Shown here: one piece after another, positions 26,395 through 39,252 of the stretch
How the letters are laid out: the number at the start of each line of letters is the position of its first letter
How positions within the stretch are numbered: position 1 is the stretch's first letter
Assembly: GCF_004010195.1 (NCBI RefSeq)
Contig: NC_057751.1
Location: 6,414,699 to 6,478,698 of the forward strand
From: Chiloscyllium plagiosum
Lineage: Eukaryota
DNA length: 64,000 bases
Direction of reading: 5' to 3'
Translations under genes and position numbers: made by a program
The notes under the pieces: model-generated
Databases searched by the model: none
Told to the model about the DNA's origin: nothing
Seen by the model: only the letters and a program-made list of their open reading frames with translations

Positions 26395-26850
26395 TCAAGA
26401 AGAAATTTCTTTGCCCAGGGTGTGGTGACCCTGTGGAATTCTCTGCCACATAAAGCAGTTGAGACCAATACTTTGATGATTTGAAGGAGGAGTTAGATAT
26501 ATTTCTTTGGACTTAGGGAATTGGAGGGAATGGGAAGAAGATGGGAAAAGGATGCTGAACTTGATGATCAGCTGTGATCATATTGAATGGTAGAGCAGCC
26601 TTAAGGACCAAATGGTCTATTTTCGATGTTCCTATGCAACACTTTTCCCAAATAGGCTAGTGGAAATCTGGAATGGTCTGAACTGACAAAATGCTGTTGA
26701 TCTGCGGTTCAATCGAAAACATCCAAATGGAGATTGAGTTTTATTAAAACAAAGCATTCAGGGATATCAATCAAAAGGTGAAGAAATGGTATTGAAGCTC
26801 AGAGCTGTCATGACGTAATTGAATGGTGAACAACTCCATGGTCGACTCCT
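26395..26850 (+). mobile_element. Two adjacent old CR1 3' ends
   Basis: ctgtggaattctctgccaca and gatcagctgtgatcatattgaatgg, then a second more decayed copy. Confidence 0.6.
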
Positions 26851-27752
26851 GTTTCTATTATTAGCTGGTGTTTTATCCTCTTGTTTAGGCACTAAAGTAT
26901 TCTTATCAGGTGGAGAATGCACAGAACACAATAAACTCATCTACACTTTTCACATCATGTCTGGAAGACAGGAAAACCAGCCTTATTTCGTTGTTCCGCT
27001 GACAAATCAACTTGCATAACTATCCACATTTGAAGCAAATTGTACAGCAGACTCTAAGATGCTGAACTTAAAATCATTTACATTCAGCACAGACAGTATG
27101 TCTGAACTGAATAAGAGGTGTTAAAATGTATCAAAAATAAATTAATTGCCTTCAAAGTGAAATCAGCATCACAAAATGTTTATTGTGCTCGTAGAAGGAC
27201 CTGTTCACTTGTAGAAGCACCAGATGAGCAGAGCCTGACCCCACATTAGCAATTCTGGCACAAGTTTGGCATGCGGCTTCAAGGACAAAGGACTTTTATC
27301 TTGGACAAGCTCAATGATGAATTTCTAGAGCCCTCTTGAGTTGTGAACTCCATTGCTTTAGCACTCTCTGAATGAATAAATGCCTCTTTTACTTCAATTT
27401 TAATGTAATGTAATGATAAGGTCCGAGGGAGTGTTGCTGAACAAAGAGACCTTGGAGTGCAGGTTCATAGCTCCTTGAAAGTGGAGTCGCACGTAGATAG
27501 GATAGTGAAGAAGGTGTTTGCTATGCTTTCCTTGATTGGATAGAGCATTGAGATAAGGAGTTGGGAGGTAATGTTGCGACTGTACAGGACATTAGTTAGG
27601 CAACTTCTGGAATATTGTGTGCAATTCTCGTCTCCCTCCTATCAGAAAGATGTTGTGAAACTTGAAAGGGTTCAGAAAAGATTGACAAGAATGTTGCCAT
27701 GGTTGGAGAATTTGTGCTACAGGGAGAGGCTGAACAGGCTGGGGCTGTTTTC

Positions 27753-27946
27753 NNNNNNNNNNNNNNNNNNNNNNNNNNNNNNNNNNNNNNNNNNNNNNNN
27801 NNNNNNNNNNNNNNNNNNNNNNNNNNNNNNNNNNNNNNNNNNNNNNNNNNNNNNNNNNNNNNNNNNNNNNNNNNNNNNNNNNNNNNNNNNNNNNNNNNNN
27901 NNNNNNNNNNNNNNNNNNNNNNNNNNNNNNNNNNNNNNNNNNNNNN
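27753..27946. other. Assembly gap (194 N)
   Basis: Run of n characters. Confidence 1.
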
Positions 27947-28259
27947 CCAACCCTCAGACTCAGCACCGCCTTCTTGACCTGCAATCTTCTTCCCGACCTC
28001 TCAGCCCCCACCCCCTCTCTGGCCTATCACCCTCACCGTAACCTCCTTACACCGATTGCATTCTCAATGCCCCTCCCCAAAGTCCCTCCTCCCTACCTTT
28101 TATCTTAGCCTGCATGGCACACCCTCCTCATTCCTGAAGAAGGGCTTATGCCCGAAACGTCGATTCTCCTTCTCCTTTGATGCTGCCTGACCTGCTGCGC
28201 TTTTCCAGCAACACATTTTTAAGCTCTGATCCCCAGCATCTGCAGTCCTCACCTTCTCC
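27947..28259 (+). mobile_element. Penelope-like element 3' terminal region
   Basis: Near-identical in reverse to the sequence following the GIY-YIG ORF at 32025-32480. Confidence 0.85.
28130..28165 (+). ncRNA. Minimal type I hammerhead ribozyme motif (intact core)
   Basis: ATTC-CTGAAGA-A-GGGC-TTAT-GCCC-GAAA-C-GTC-GATT: CUGANGA core, 4-bp stem II, GAAA and GUC triplet. Predicted cut after 28161. Confidence 0.75.
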
Positions 28260-28849
28260 TGGGGTGGGGGAGTCCAGAACTAGAGGGCATAGGTTTAGGG
28301 TGAGAGGGAAAAGATATAAAAGAGACCTAAGGGGCAATGTTTTCATGCAGAAGATGGTACGTGTATGGAATGAGCTGCTAGAGAAAGTGGTGGAAGCTGG
28401 TACAATTGCAACATTTAAAAGGCATTTGAATGGGTATATGAATAGGACGGGTTTGGAGGGATAAGGGCCGGGTGCTGGCAGGTGGGACTAGATTGGGTTG
28501 GGATATCTATTCGGCATGGACAGGTTGGACCGAAGGGTCTGTTTCCATGCTGTACATCTCTATGACTCTTATGTAGTAATCCCTCATCTCGGATTGGCTG
28601 CCATGTGACCCAAGGACCAGGAATATCAAATCATGAACAACATGAAGCATGCAGGCTCATTACAATGTTTGAAATGCAAATCCTCACCTGGGAACTTGTT
28701 GCCTGTTTGGTCCTTGGCATGCCTCTACTGAAACCAAACATGCTGACGCAGAGGGGGCTTAGGGTTGGGAGTCACACTTTAAAACATTTTAATTCTCTAG
28801 GTACCTGTCTTACGGGGTCTAATTCATCCTTACACAACACTTCATACTC

Positions 28850-28972
28850 CATAACCACCTGATGAAGGAGCAATATTAGTGCTTCCAATTATACCTGTTG
28901 AACCATAACCTGGTGTTGTTTGATTTTTAACTTTGTACACTCCAGTCCAACACCGACATCTCCAAATTATAA
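28850..28972 (+). mobile_element. Family B tail with internally deleted hammerhead
   Basis: ccacctgatgaaggagca..tagtgcttccaatt..ataacctggtgttg..atctccaaat. Confidence 0.7.
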
Positions 28973-29189
28973 ACCACCCTTGTTTTTCTGGTAGTCACTT
29001 GCTTCCAGTGCTGATGCCAATGCATATGAACAAGGTAATTCATTAGCTTTCCGACAGTAACAATTTCTCCTTGATCATGCCACACTGCATTGGCTCAAGC
29101 TCTCTAAATATTTAGGAATTAATGGGATTGCATGCAAAAAGCTAGGTGAACTCAAAGTCCTGAAATGCAAATTGATTTATAGAATTATA

Positions 29190-29852
29190 GAAACCATAGA
29201 AATGATACACCACAGAAAGGGGCCATTTGACCCATCTTGTCCATGCTGACTCAAAGACACCCAGATGTCCTTTCTAATCCCACCTTCTTGCACACAGCTC
29301 ATAGCCCTGTTGCTTATAGCACATCAGGTGCAGAATGAGGTACTTCTTAAATTAGTTCAGCGTGTCTGCTTCCAACATGAACCCAGGCAGTGAATTCCCA
29401 TACCCATCACGCTGTGCAAAAAAGTTTTTCCTCCTGTCGCCTATAATCCACCTGCCACTTAGCTTGAAACTAGGGACCTCTGGTTTTTGAACTCTTTGCC
29501 AAGGGAAACAGGTTCTTCCTGTCTACTCTTCCCCCATCACAATTTTGTATATCTCAATCATGTCACCTGTGAGCCTTCACTGTTCCAAGGAAAACAACCC
29601 CAAACTCTTCAATTTCTGCTTGTAGCTGCAATTATTCAGCCCTGGCACATTTCAGTGAATGTTCTTTGCACTCTCTCCGGGGCAATTGCGTCCTTCCAAG
29701 AATGTAGTGGCTAGAACTGCATGCCATATTCTGATTGTGGACTCACCAGTGTCTTACAGAGCTTCGTTATTATATCTCTACTTCTACATTCTAGACCTCT
29801 CCCAATGAAGGCGAGTATTCCATATCACTTCTTAACAGCTTTATCTACCTGT
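29190..29852 (-). mobile_element. CR1 3' fragment
   Basis: Reverse CR1 RT C-terminus and tail (ttccaaggaaaacaacccc, ctttgcactctctcc). Confidence 0.75.
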
Positions 29853-30329
29853 GCGGAAGCGTACATGTACATTTATGATTTTCACTTTAAAACTTTCACA
29901 GAAATATTAATGCTCTGCATGAAATGAGACTCAGCAGCATACAAGAATATAGTGACTTGAGATGAGGTGCACAGAACCCAAAAGGCAGCCCCTCAAGTTG
30001 ATCTGGTTGTAAAAATGACTATTATAATTTTAGATTTTATAATGAAAAACATAATATTAAAAGTGACATAATCATGTGTCTCCATCAAACCTTCATAAGA
30101 CCTCAGTGAGAGGATAATATGCAACACTGGGCTTCAAATGTTTTAAAATTTTGAGGCTTTGTAGAGGACACCAAGAAATCAAATTTAAAAACTTGCCTTT
30201 GCTGCATCTCATTCAAACTCTCTCTCTTCTCAAAACTGCTGAATTTCTGACAGAACTTTGCAGCCTTGAAATACTTGTTGAAATATAGCGACTGTTGCAA
30301 TGGCAGAAAGACACCGGCCAGTATTTAAA

Positions 30330-30532
30330 CAAAAGCAGAAGTTGCTGGAAAATCTCAGCAGATCTGACAGCGTCTGTGAAGAGAAATCAAAGTAAATGTT
30401 TCGGGTCCAGTGACACTTCTGGGGACATCAATTTCTCTTCACAGATGCTGCTAGATCTGCTGAGCTTTTCCAGCAACTTCTGGTTTTGTTTCTGATTAAC
30501 AGCATCTGCAGTTCTTTCAGTTTTTGCTTTTA
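30330..30532. mobile_element. Hairpin-type insertion (family C-like)
   Basis: Inverted arms gttgctggaaaatctcagcagatct / agatctgctgagcttttccagcaac. Flanked by GCCAGTATTTAAA at 30317-30329 and 30533-30545. Confidence 0.75.
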
Positions 30533-30586
30533 GCCAGTATTTAAAACCAAACTCACACAAACAGCAATGTGATATTGTCCAATGTA

Positions 30587-31426
30587 GAGGATCCATTTCC
30601 GCTACCTACAGTCAGATCCCACCACCAGAGATATATTTCTCTTCCCACCCCTTTCAGCATTCCACAGAGACCATTCCCTCCGTGACACCCCCCCCGCCCG
30701 CCTCCCAGAAAAAACACACCCTCCGCTCCTAGCATCTTCCCTTGCCACCGCAAGAGGTGTAAACCCTGTTCCCTCACCTCCCTGTCACTTCCATCCAAGG
30801 CCACAAAGGATCCTTCCACATCTGGCAGAGATTCTCCTGCACCTTCAAACACCTCATCTACTATATCCTTTGCTCTTGATGTGGTCTCCTCTACATTGGG
30901 GAGACAGGGCTCCAACTTGTGGAACATTTCAGAGAACAACTCCGGGACACATGCACCAATCAATCACCTGTGGCTGAACACTTCAACTCCCCCTCCCACT
31001 CCGTCAAGGACATGCCTCCTTGGTTCTTGGCCTCCTCCATGGCTAAGTGCAAGCCATCTGACACCTGGAGGAAGAATGCCTCATCTTCCGCTTTGGGACC
31101 CTCGAACCACATCAGATTAATGTCGATTTCACCAGTTTCCTCATCTCCCCTCCCCCCACTTTATTCAAGATCCAACCCTCCAACTTGGCACCGTCCTCTT
31201 GAACTGTCCTACCTGTCCATCTTCCTTCCCATCTATCCACTCCACCCTCCACTCTGACCTATCACCATCAAACCCCCACCACGTACATCTACCTACTGCA
31301 CTCCGAGTTACCTTCCCCCCAGTCCCACCTTTTCCCATTTATCTCTCAGCCAGCTTGCCTCCCCCCGTGGCATTCCTGATGAAGGGCTTATACGCGAAAC
31401 ATCGACTCTTCTGTTCCTCAGATGCA
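30587..31426 (+). mobile_element. Penelope-like element fragment (GIY-YIG endonuclease plus tail)
   Basis: FPCHRKRCKPC, LIYYILCS*CGLLYIGETG, EHFREQL..PVAEHFNSPSHS. Decayed hammerhead cctgatgaagggcttatacgcgaaacatc at about 31375-31403. Confidence 0.88.
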
Positions 31427-32024
31427 CTTAAAACACTGCTGTACTCCCTTCAAAACTAGAATGGATTGTCTGCCTTGATTTTGCACTCAAGCCTGAATGT
31501 GGGTCTTGAACCAAGAATCTTATGACTCAGAAGAGAGAGGCTACAAATTGAGCCATTGGACAAACATTTGATAGAATGCTTTCTGATTGCAGCAAATGTA
31601 GACATCGTGAAACATTTGTCAACAGTATCAAGAGCAATATCAATTAGCATTGTTAGGGAAATATTCAAAATGATTGGATGTACTAGGTTGAAGCAGTATG
31701 TGAAATATCTAAAATGACAGGAGAGAGCATCACAGCTGCAAAATTCAAGTGATTAAATCTAGACAAGAAATGTCTTGACAATGGAGTTTGCTGGCTACTG
31801 CATTCAGTTCCAGACTTGGTGGTGGAAGCAGGAACTATTGATTGACTTTGACTAGAAATCAGCTAATCGTAGTTTCAGGGAGGGTTTCTCTTTCCTGGTG
31901 AGCTATCTTCTTAAACATGCCTTAGTACCTATGCTCCATGCTCATATGACACCCCACTTGTCACAGGTAGAAGCACTGGCTAACACCAAAAACTCACATA
32001 TTTCCTGGCTTTGGTATCATCTTT

Positions 32025-33002
32025 AAAGCTGAAAATGTGTTATTGGAAAAGCGCAGCAGGTCAGGCAGCATCCAAGGAACAGGAGAATCGACGTTTCGGG
32101 CATAAGCCCTTCTTCAGGAATGAGGAAAGTGTGTCCAGCAGGCTAAGATAAAAGGTAGGGAGGAGGGACTTGGGGGAGGGGCGTTGGAAATGCGATAGGT
32201 GGAAGGAGGTCAAGGTGAGGGTGATAGGCTGGAGTGGGGTGGGGGCGGAGAGGTCAGGAAGAAGATTGCAGGAGTTCATCTCTTGTGGTTGGAGGGTTCC
32301 TAGGCGGAAGATGAGGCGCTCTTCCTCCAGCCGTCGTGTTGCTATGGTCTGAGGCTAAGATAAAAGGTAGGGAGGAGGGACTTGGAGGAGGGGCGTCGGA
32401 AATGTGATAGGTGGAAAGAGGTCAAGGTGAGGGTGATAGGTCAGACTGGGGTGGGGGCGGAGAGGTCAGGAAGAAGATTGCAGGTAAGGAAGGCGGTGCT
32501 GAGACATGGTGGGGGGAGGGGAAATGAGGAAACTGGTGAAATCTGAGTTCATCCCTTGTGGTTGGAGTGTTCCTAGGCGGAAGATGAGGCGCTCTTCCTC
32601 CAGCCGTCGTGTTGCTATGGTCTGGCGATGGAGGAGTCCAAGGACCTGCATGTCCTTGGTGGAGTGGGAGGGGGAGTTGAAGTGTTGAGCCACGGGGTGG
32701 TTGGGTTGGTTGGTCCAGGTGTCCCAGACGTGTTCTCTGAAACATTCTGCAAGTAGGCAGCCTGTCTCCCCAATATCGAGGAGGCCACATCGGGTGCAGC
32801 GGATGCAATAAATGATGTATGTGGAGGTGCAGGTGAATTTGTGGCGGATATGGAAGTATCCCTTGAGGCCTTGGAGGGAAGTAAGGGGGGAGGTGTGGGT
32901 GCAAGTTTTGCATTTCTTGCGGTTGCAGGGGAAGGTGCCGGGAGTGGAGATTGGGTTGGTGGGGGGTGTGGACCTGACGAGGGAGTCACGGAGGGAGTGG
33001 TC
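32025..33002 (-). mobile_element. Penelope-like element fragment (probably Neptune-type) with partial tandem duplication
   Basis: FPCNRKKCKTC, then IIYCIRCTRCGLLDIGETG..VAQHFNSPSH..RRLEEERLIFRLGTLQPQGMNSDF, followed by the 3' repeat. Confidence 0.9.
32086..32121 (-). ncRNA. Minimal type I hammerhead ribozyme motif (intact core)
   Basis: Reverse complement is identical to 28130-28165. Confidence 0.75.
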
Positions 33003-33849
33003 TTTTAAACCTCATCTTTAAACCCCATCATATGTTCTCTAAAGCTCTAGCATTCTGCAACTGCCCTCACAGTTCCTGACAATTGCCCCAGACATGTTGG
33101 GCAGAAGGGCATTGGTCACCATTTTTACCAGTGGAGACCTGGAGAAACATGCAGTCGCTGCCCAAGGTGTGAGTTGAAGATGTTTATGATTGATGAAGGT
33201 TTAGAGAAGCAAGTGGCAAACTCGAGTCATTAGGTTTTGGCTGTGGCTTTCATGCCAATAATTGTCATTGTCTGGTTTGTACCTGATGGTTGGAAAAATG
33301 GGAGGCAGCATATCAATAAGGTGAAATTATGTCTTAATAAATGTTAATGCACATCAATGTACCCAAAGAGGCCTTAGACTGCACACTGGCGACTATCAGG
33401 ACTTAGCATACAAGACTTGGTTGGAAAATGGGACTTCTTGCTTACTAAGTGCAAAGCTCCTTTGCTGACTCTCTCTCACAATTCTCTCAACTTTCCCATC
33501 TTTGCTCACATCATTCAGGACCACGCTGTTTCACAGTTCAACAGTAGATTTAATTGGAATGCAGAAGGCGTAAAATGGATCTGGTGACAGAGTGGGGGAA
33601 TGTGATTCGGATTTTGTGTGCATGTGCAAGGCAAATGCTGGCATGAACTGGAAAGGCCAGTGGCGTCTCAATTGGTTACAACATCGGCATAAACTTCTGT
33701 GACCAGCAGTTAAATGTCCCCAGGCACTTTACTGGATGATAATCAGATACAATTTGCCACCAAGACAGAGGTAATTGTTCTGATGAAAGACCTGTTTATT
33801 TATACTGGTAGACCTGAATATTTTGAGCATTTCATGTTTATATTTAGGA

Positions 33850-34095
33850 TACATCATGTCAGGCAATGAATGCGGGTGATGACACCAATGGGGGTGAGAG
33901 AAGACAAGTCTAAGAAGGGAATTCCAGAGCTTAGGGCTGATAGAGCTGAAGGCCAGAGTTGGAGGATTGCTGTGGCAGGCATGGAGATAGGGAGGAAACA
34001 AGGCCCCAAAGGGATTTGAGCATAAGAGTGACAATTTCAAAATAATGGTGCTCAGCAACCAGGCACAAAGGAGCATTTGGTAAACAGGACAGTTC
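33850..34095 (-). mobile_element. L2-like LINE 3' fragment
   Basis: Reverse translation AFSSISPKLWNSL resembles the L2 C-terminal AFS..P.LWN.LP motif. Confidence 0.5.
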
Positions 34096-35361
34096 GAATT
34101 TTAGATGATTTTTATTCATTTTTACACTGGTATAAATGAGCCAAAAAAAATTGACAAAGTGCCAGCCTTTCTTCCCATTTATTCATAAGAGATTTGTTAA
34201 TAATAAATTGCTGTTCTGGATAATGTATGCTGCCTGGCACAGGCCTAAGTTATGTAGCTGTCTAAATTGTCAATTCACGCATATAATATTTCCACATTTT
34301 GTAAACACAAATTAAAAGGTAGATCATGCAGACACACCACTCCCATTACTTCCTTTTCTACATTTAACAAGACAAATGGGAGCAGATATATAAAATTAAT
34401 GAAGTAGTGGGATTTAATTAAGCATAATAGCTGTTATATGGGAGTCTAAATTCAATCAGTAACAATCAGTTTTGACCTTCGCCGGAAAGGAAAATTTGCA
34501 TTTTCAGTGCCCTGTTCCATGTGTCGGAAATGTCTCAAAGTGCTTCATATCCAACAAGTTTACTTGGAGTGGAGTGGCTGTTATACTAACAGAGGTGACA
34601 CAATTATTTTCCATTTGTCATCATGAGGGTGTGATCCCAAGTCAATTTAATTAAAATGTAAGTTAATTAAAATGTGGCTTCAAAAAATTCACTCCCAAAA
34701 ACAAAACATTCAAATAGAATGGATCCTGCTGTTTATGATCTTCCCAATTATGAAGATCTAGTCTTCAAGGCAACAATGTTAGTACCTTCAGACAGTCTGC
34801 AACTAATATCAGGACAGCAGTCTGAAAAACATTGTCTGCACTTTTTAATAAGAGAGTGAAATAGCTTCCACCTACATGTTAATCTCTACATCTTCTGAGC
34901 CCCCTTTTCATGGCTTGAAAATCACTGTGACTGCTCAGTGAGGACTGATCGAGCAGGAGAACTGGGGTGCTGCTGCAATAACTTGGTTAACTGCTCCATG
35001 GCAGCCTTTGCTCTGTCAGACCTCAGGACCCCATACTCACTTATGGACACGACAAACTACCCCTCACCTTATACGATCACTTCTTGCCTTGGTTTGTCCA
35101 AGTGTCTTTATAACATTTAAACCCTGTAACACAGTGGTTATTGCTGTTAAATAAAGGGCCAGTGATTTGACCTCAAGTGCTGATCCTGTACCTTGCTCAA
35201 ACATTGCCCGAATAGGTGTGCTTCATATTTTAGTGGTGGCCCAAGTCCAATGTCCAGGTGCAAATTGTGGAGCCACGGGTCAGGGCAAGTTGTAATGAGT
35301 GGAGTGGCAATCTGAATGAATGTCACTTGCAGGATGATTTGACCAACTGTTCCTTTGAATG

Positions 35362-35655
35362 ACATGGTGGCTCAGTGGTTAACACTGTTGCCTCACAGCA
35401 CCACGGTCCCAGGTTCGATTCCAGCCTCGGGCTGTGTGGGGTTTGCACATTCTCCCCGTGTCTGCATGGGTTTGCTCTGGTTTCCTCCCCCAATCCAAAG
35501 ATGTGCAGGTCAGGTGAATTGGTCATGCTAAATTGCCCATAGTATTAGGCGCATTAGTCAGAAGGAAATGGATCTGGGTGGGTTCCTCTTCGACGGGTCG
35601 GTGTAGATTTGCTGGGCCGAAGGGCCTGTTTCCACACTGTAGGGAATCTAGTCTA
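35362..35655 (+). mobile_element. HE1-type V-SINE
   Basis: A box tggctcagtggtt, B box ggttcgattcc, V-domain and tail. Confidence 0.9.
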
Positions 35656-35661
35656 ATAGCT

Positions 35662-35843
35662 AAAGTTAAGAGTGTGGCACTGGAAAAGCACAGCAGGAGA
35701 ATCAATGTTTTGGGCATTCCTGATGAAGGGCTGTTGCCCGAAGCATCGTTTTACCTGCTCGTCGGATGCTGCCTGACCTGCTGTGCTTTTCCAGTGCCAC
35801 ATTCTCCACTTTGATCTCCAGCATCTGCAGTCCTCACACTCTT
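35662..35843. mobile_element. Hairpin-type Penelope-derived insertion (family A) at the SINE tail
   Basis: Inverted arm, then attcctgatgaagggctgttgcccgaagcatcg and tail. ATAGCT occurs on both sides. Confidence 0.75.
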
Positions 35844-38800
35844 ATAGCTGTTGTTAGTGCTATGTGCAAACTTGCCTTTCATGTTTGCTTGTGAACACGA
35901 TCTTCTGTTGGTGTATTATATTTTGTTTCAGAAAGAAGTGGAACAACTGAAATTGATAGCACCACTGCTGATGTAATCAACCAGCATTCACACATAAACA
36001 CTTAACATCCGCAATGTAATATTACTTTTGCCACTGAATTTGATCTATTTGGATTATTAATACAACCTGGAAGTCAGATAGCTGACAATGATTTAGCTGA
36101 TGGAGCAAAAAATGGAGCAAAACAAAACGAATGTAATTTTCTTCTTTACTGTAATTTTGATACGGTTGCTGAATATAATGTTTTGCAACTGTAATTACAT
36201 TTTAGATGGACACCAATTACAAAGAGGATAATTTTAAAATATTCTTGCTGCTATGTATTTATAGAGAATATTGCGTAGGTTCCATTAAACTTAAGTACCA
36301 ATGTAGATATATGTGTTTTATTTATAGAAGGATTTTTCAGCTAGTTTCCTTCACTAGCCTTTAAGTTCTCCATTTAATGTTTAAGAAATTACTCTACTGT
36401 GGAGCACAAATCCAAAGGAATAGAGGTGAGAGAAGGGTCATAAATATATTCTCAAGAAAGAATTTCCAAATTGGTTCACCTAGCTCCAAGGGGAGAAATG
36501 CAAATTGCATAAAAATACCATTGAAATCATTGAAAAAAGTCACCAAAGAAATTCCTCCCAGATAAAAACTAAAATGTTGCATACCTTTTTCCCTATGTCA
36601 AAGGGTTTTAGTTGCCAATGTGAAATTTAGCTCACAACTTCAAACTCCAAGTTGTTTATTATGCAAGGTAAAAGTTTACCTTATTTCCTGATTCACAAAT
36701 ATTTCCCCAAATGTATTCATCATGCAGCATCAGATATTAATGTGTCTTCACTGTTCTGCACAAGTAATGACATGCAAGGTAAGAAGTTTCAACTGAATCT
36801 TGAAAACACTAACATCAAGGACATAGGAAAAATGTTCCTCTACATCAAAAAATTGGATCATTGTCTTTTGTTAGCAGTTCATTGAACGTTCTTGGACCTA
36901 TCATGCCATTTTGCAGTACAGAGCCTCCTTTTAGTCTTGCCACAGAGTCTTTTGCTGCAGAGTGTATATATTCTATATAAAGCTCCCTGTCTGATGAATA
37001 TGGCTCAAGACAACTTGTCATTACCAGAGGCACTTCAGATTTGTTATTAGAGCTTTACTGTGTTCCAAAAAATTTCTTTTGCCTTTAGTGACTGTGACAA
37101 TTGCAGGAAGGACAGCATGAACTCTGCTGAACTTGTAAGTTCCGATTATTTCGTGTATTGCTGTTTTGTCACGATTTCTTCGTAAATTAAGTTGATTGGT
37201 GGTAACATTAATGTGTCAAACCAATAGCTTGCATGTGATTTCAGGTGAAATACATGTGGACTTTGTGACGAATGACTTGAAAAGTAAAGATGTCTTTCCT
37301 GACTGCACAAGTTTGTAAACACTTTATTGAGGAGTCAAGCAGGAGTGGCAACATCAAAATGACACAGCTCAGAAGTTGAATATCTTCCAAGGTATGCGTG
37401 GGTTGTACGTATGTTGTTTCTACTCCAGTTGATATTTATTGTTGACTGCATATTATTGTGGATGAAGCTGTTGTGTTTTTGAGTATACGTTCGATCGTTA
37501 TGATTTTATTCCTCTTACAGTAAGTGACACAGATTCAAGTAACTCTGAGTCTATTCCCCTTGTGGTAGGTGACACAGATTCAAACAACAGTGAAGATCTT
37601 ATGCAATCATATTTTTATCATTGTATGCTTGCTTAAAGAGATAACTTACAACTATTTGGTGATGAGTATTAGATTTTGTGAAAAGTTAAATTCATTTGGA
37701 ATTATTCAATACCAAAACATTGCTTCATGCAAACTCTTCCTTTTGACAAATACTTGGGTGACCTAATCATTGATGTAATTTTGCAACTGAACTCATGGTA
37801 AACAGTCGACTGTTTGCAAGAAAAATATACAACACAGCAAAACATTGGAATTTATGTTGGACACATCAAGAGAAATGAGGCTGTATGAGGTGTGAAATAT
37901 CTCATCCGCAAGACAATATCCTTACACCTCTCTTTTAGCTCCCCACAGAATACATTTCTTGATTGTTCCCTTTGCTACACATAATTCAGTTAACTAAATT
38001 TTCAAGCTGCATCTCAGGTAATGCTTTCAAGTTGCCTTGCTAAGGAAAGTCAGAAGGATCTTTCTCAGCACATGAAAGTGGTGATTAAATGTCTTCTCCC
38101 ATGGTGATCCAAGTTTTCCCACAAATGTTAAATCCCTACGATTATCTTAGTTGAACTAAGTTACTCAGTGGCTCTCCATTGAACAGAGGAGTGACAATGA
38201 TTTGAGGGCAAAAGAAAATGTGGCTGCTCCTTCAAATTTACACTTGATAAGAAGCACAAAAGGAGGTGCAAGGGTTTTGTCTCATCATTTTGGTTGGGGG
38301 GTGGGGTGCAGGGGGAAGCAAGTCACAGGACAGAGTGCTTTCTTCAGTTTTCAAAGTATCATGGAACAACTGACAATCACGATTTGGAAACAGTGTTCAT
38401 GGATCTCTCTCTTACCATCTGGCAAGTTGGATGTTCTATAGTCAAGAAGACATCAAAGAATATTTGAGAAAATATACTGTTGTGGATTCATGTGGGACCT
38501 GACATGTGACAAAATTGGATTCTCTAGTTCAGCCAGGTTTACTCAAAGTGGGCTAAAGTGAAAAAAAAACATTCATGGCTGTTAAGGTAACTTTCACAAT
38601 CATTGCATCCTAACAGGCTAAAATTGTTGAGGTTTTGCACACTGAATGATATTGATGATTGGGAATGGAAACTGGATGTGTTCAATTTTATTTTCCATGG
38701 AGAAACCTATTGACTCTGTTTCTCGGCCATAACCTATGTGCTGAAGAATTGAAATTTCAAGCTGCACTCTGTTCAATGCAATCTAGTTGCTCTGTCAAAG

Positions 38801-39252
38801 CAGGTCAGAAGTTTCTCTCCAAGGATATGAAAGCAATGATTGAATGTCTGCTTAGAAACAAAGCACAAGTCACCACTAAAGTTGAAAAGAATAGAAAAGT
38901 GGAAGAATCATTAAGTAGTATCACAAGTGTGGATTTTAAAAGGTCGAAGACTTGAGTCTTATTTTTGTGCTGAAACCCAGGAATTACTTGACAAATGGAA
39001 ACCATTTAAACATACGAGTTGGAAACTAATATTAATGAGGCTACTCAGAGAGAAATTTACTGCCCTAGACTGCTCATACTTGAACATCAAAGGATAAATA
39101 ATGTTTCAAGAAATTGCCAGCAAACTTTTTATTAACTGGCAGCGATGGGATAAGGAGAATGCCAGTTGACCAAATATTCCAGATAATCAAGAGGCACACA
39201 CAACCGAAGTAAATCCTGACCAAGCAAAGCTGCCACACATCAACATCTCTCA

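Larger units (their letters stand above)
27420..28570 (+). mobile_element. CR1 3' fragment interrupted by the assembly gap and a Penelope-like piece
   Basis: LYRTLVRQLLEYCVQF..LERVQKRLTRMLP before the gap. GVGESRTRGHRFRVRG..WNELL resumes at about 28260. Confidence 0.88.

Noticed and set aside
25425..26640. Opposite-strand CR1 pieces as a twin-priming inversion
   Set aside because: Both pieces include 3' ends of different subfamilies, so they are independent insertions.
27571..28041. ORFs spanning the N run
   Set aside because: Artefacts of the assembly gap.
35362..35430. tRNA gene-like A/B boxes (also at 11196, 15797 and 60528)
   Set aside because: These are SINE heads followed by the V-domain and LINE-like tail, and I could not fold a full cloverleaf.
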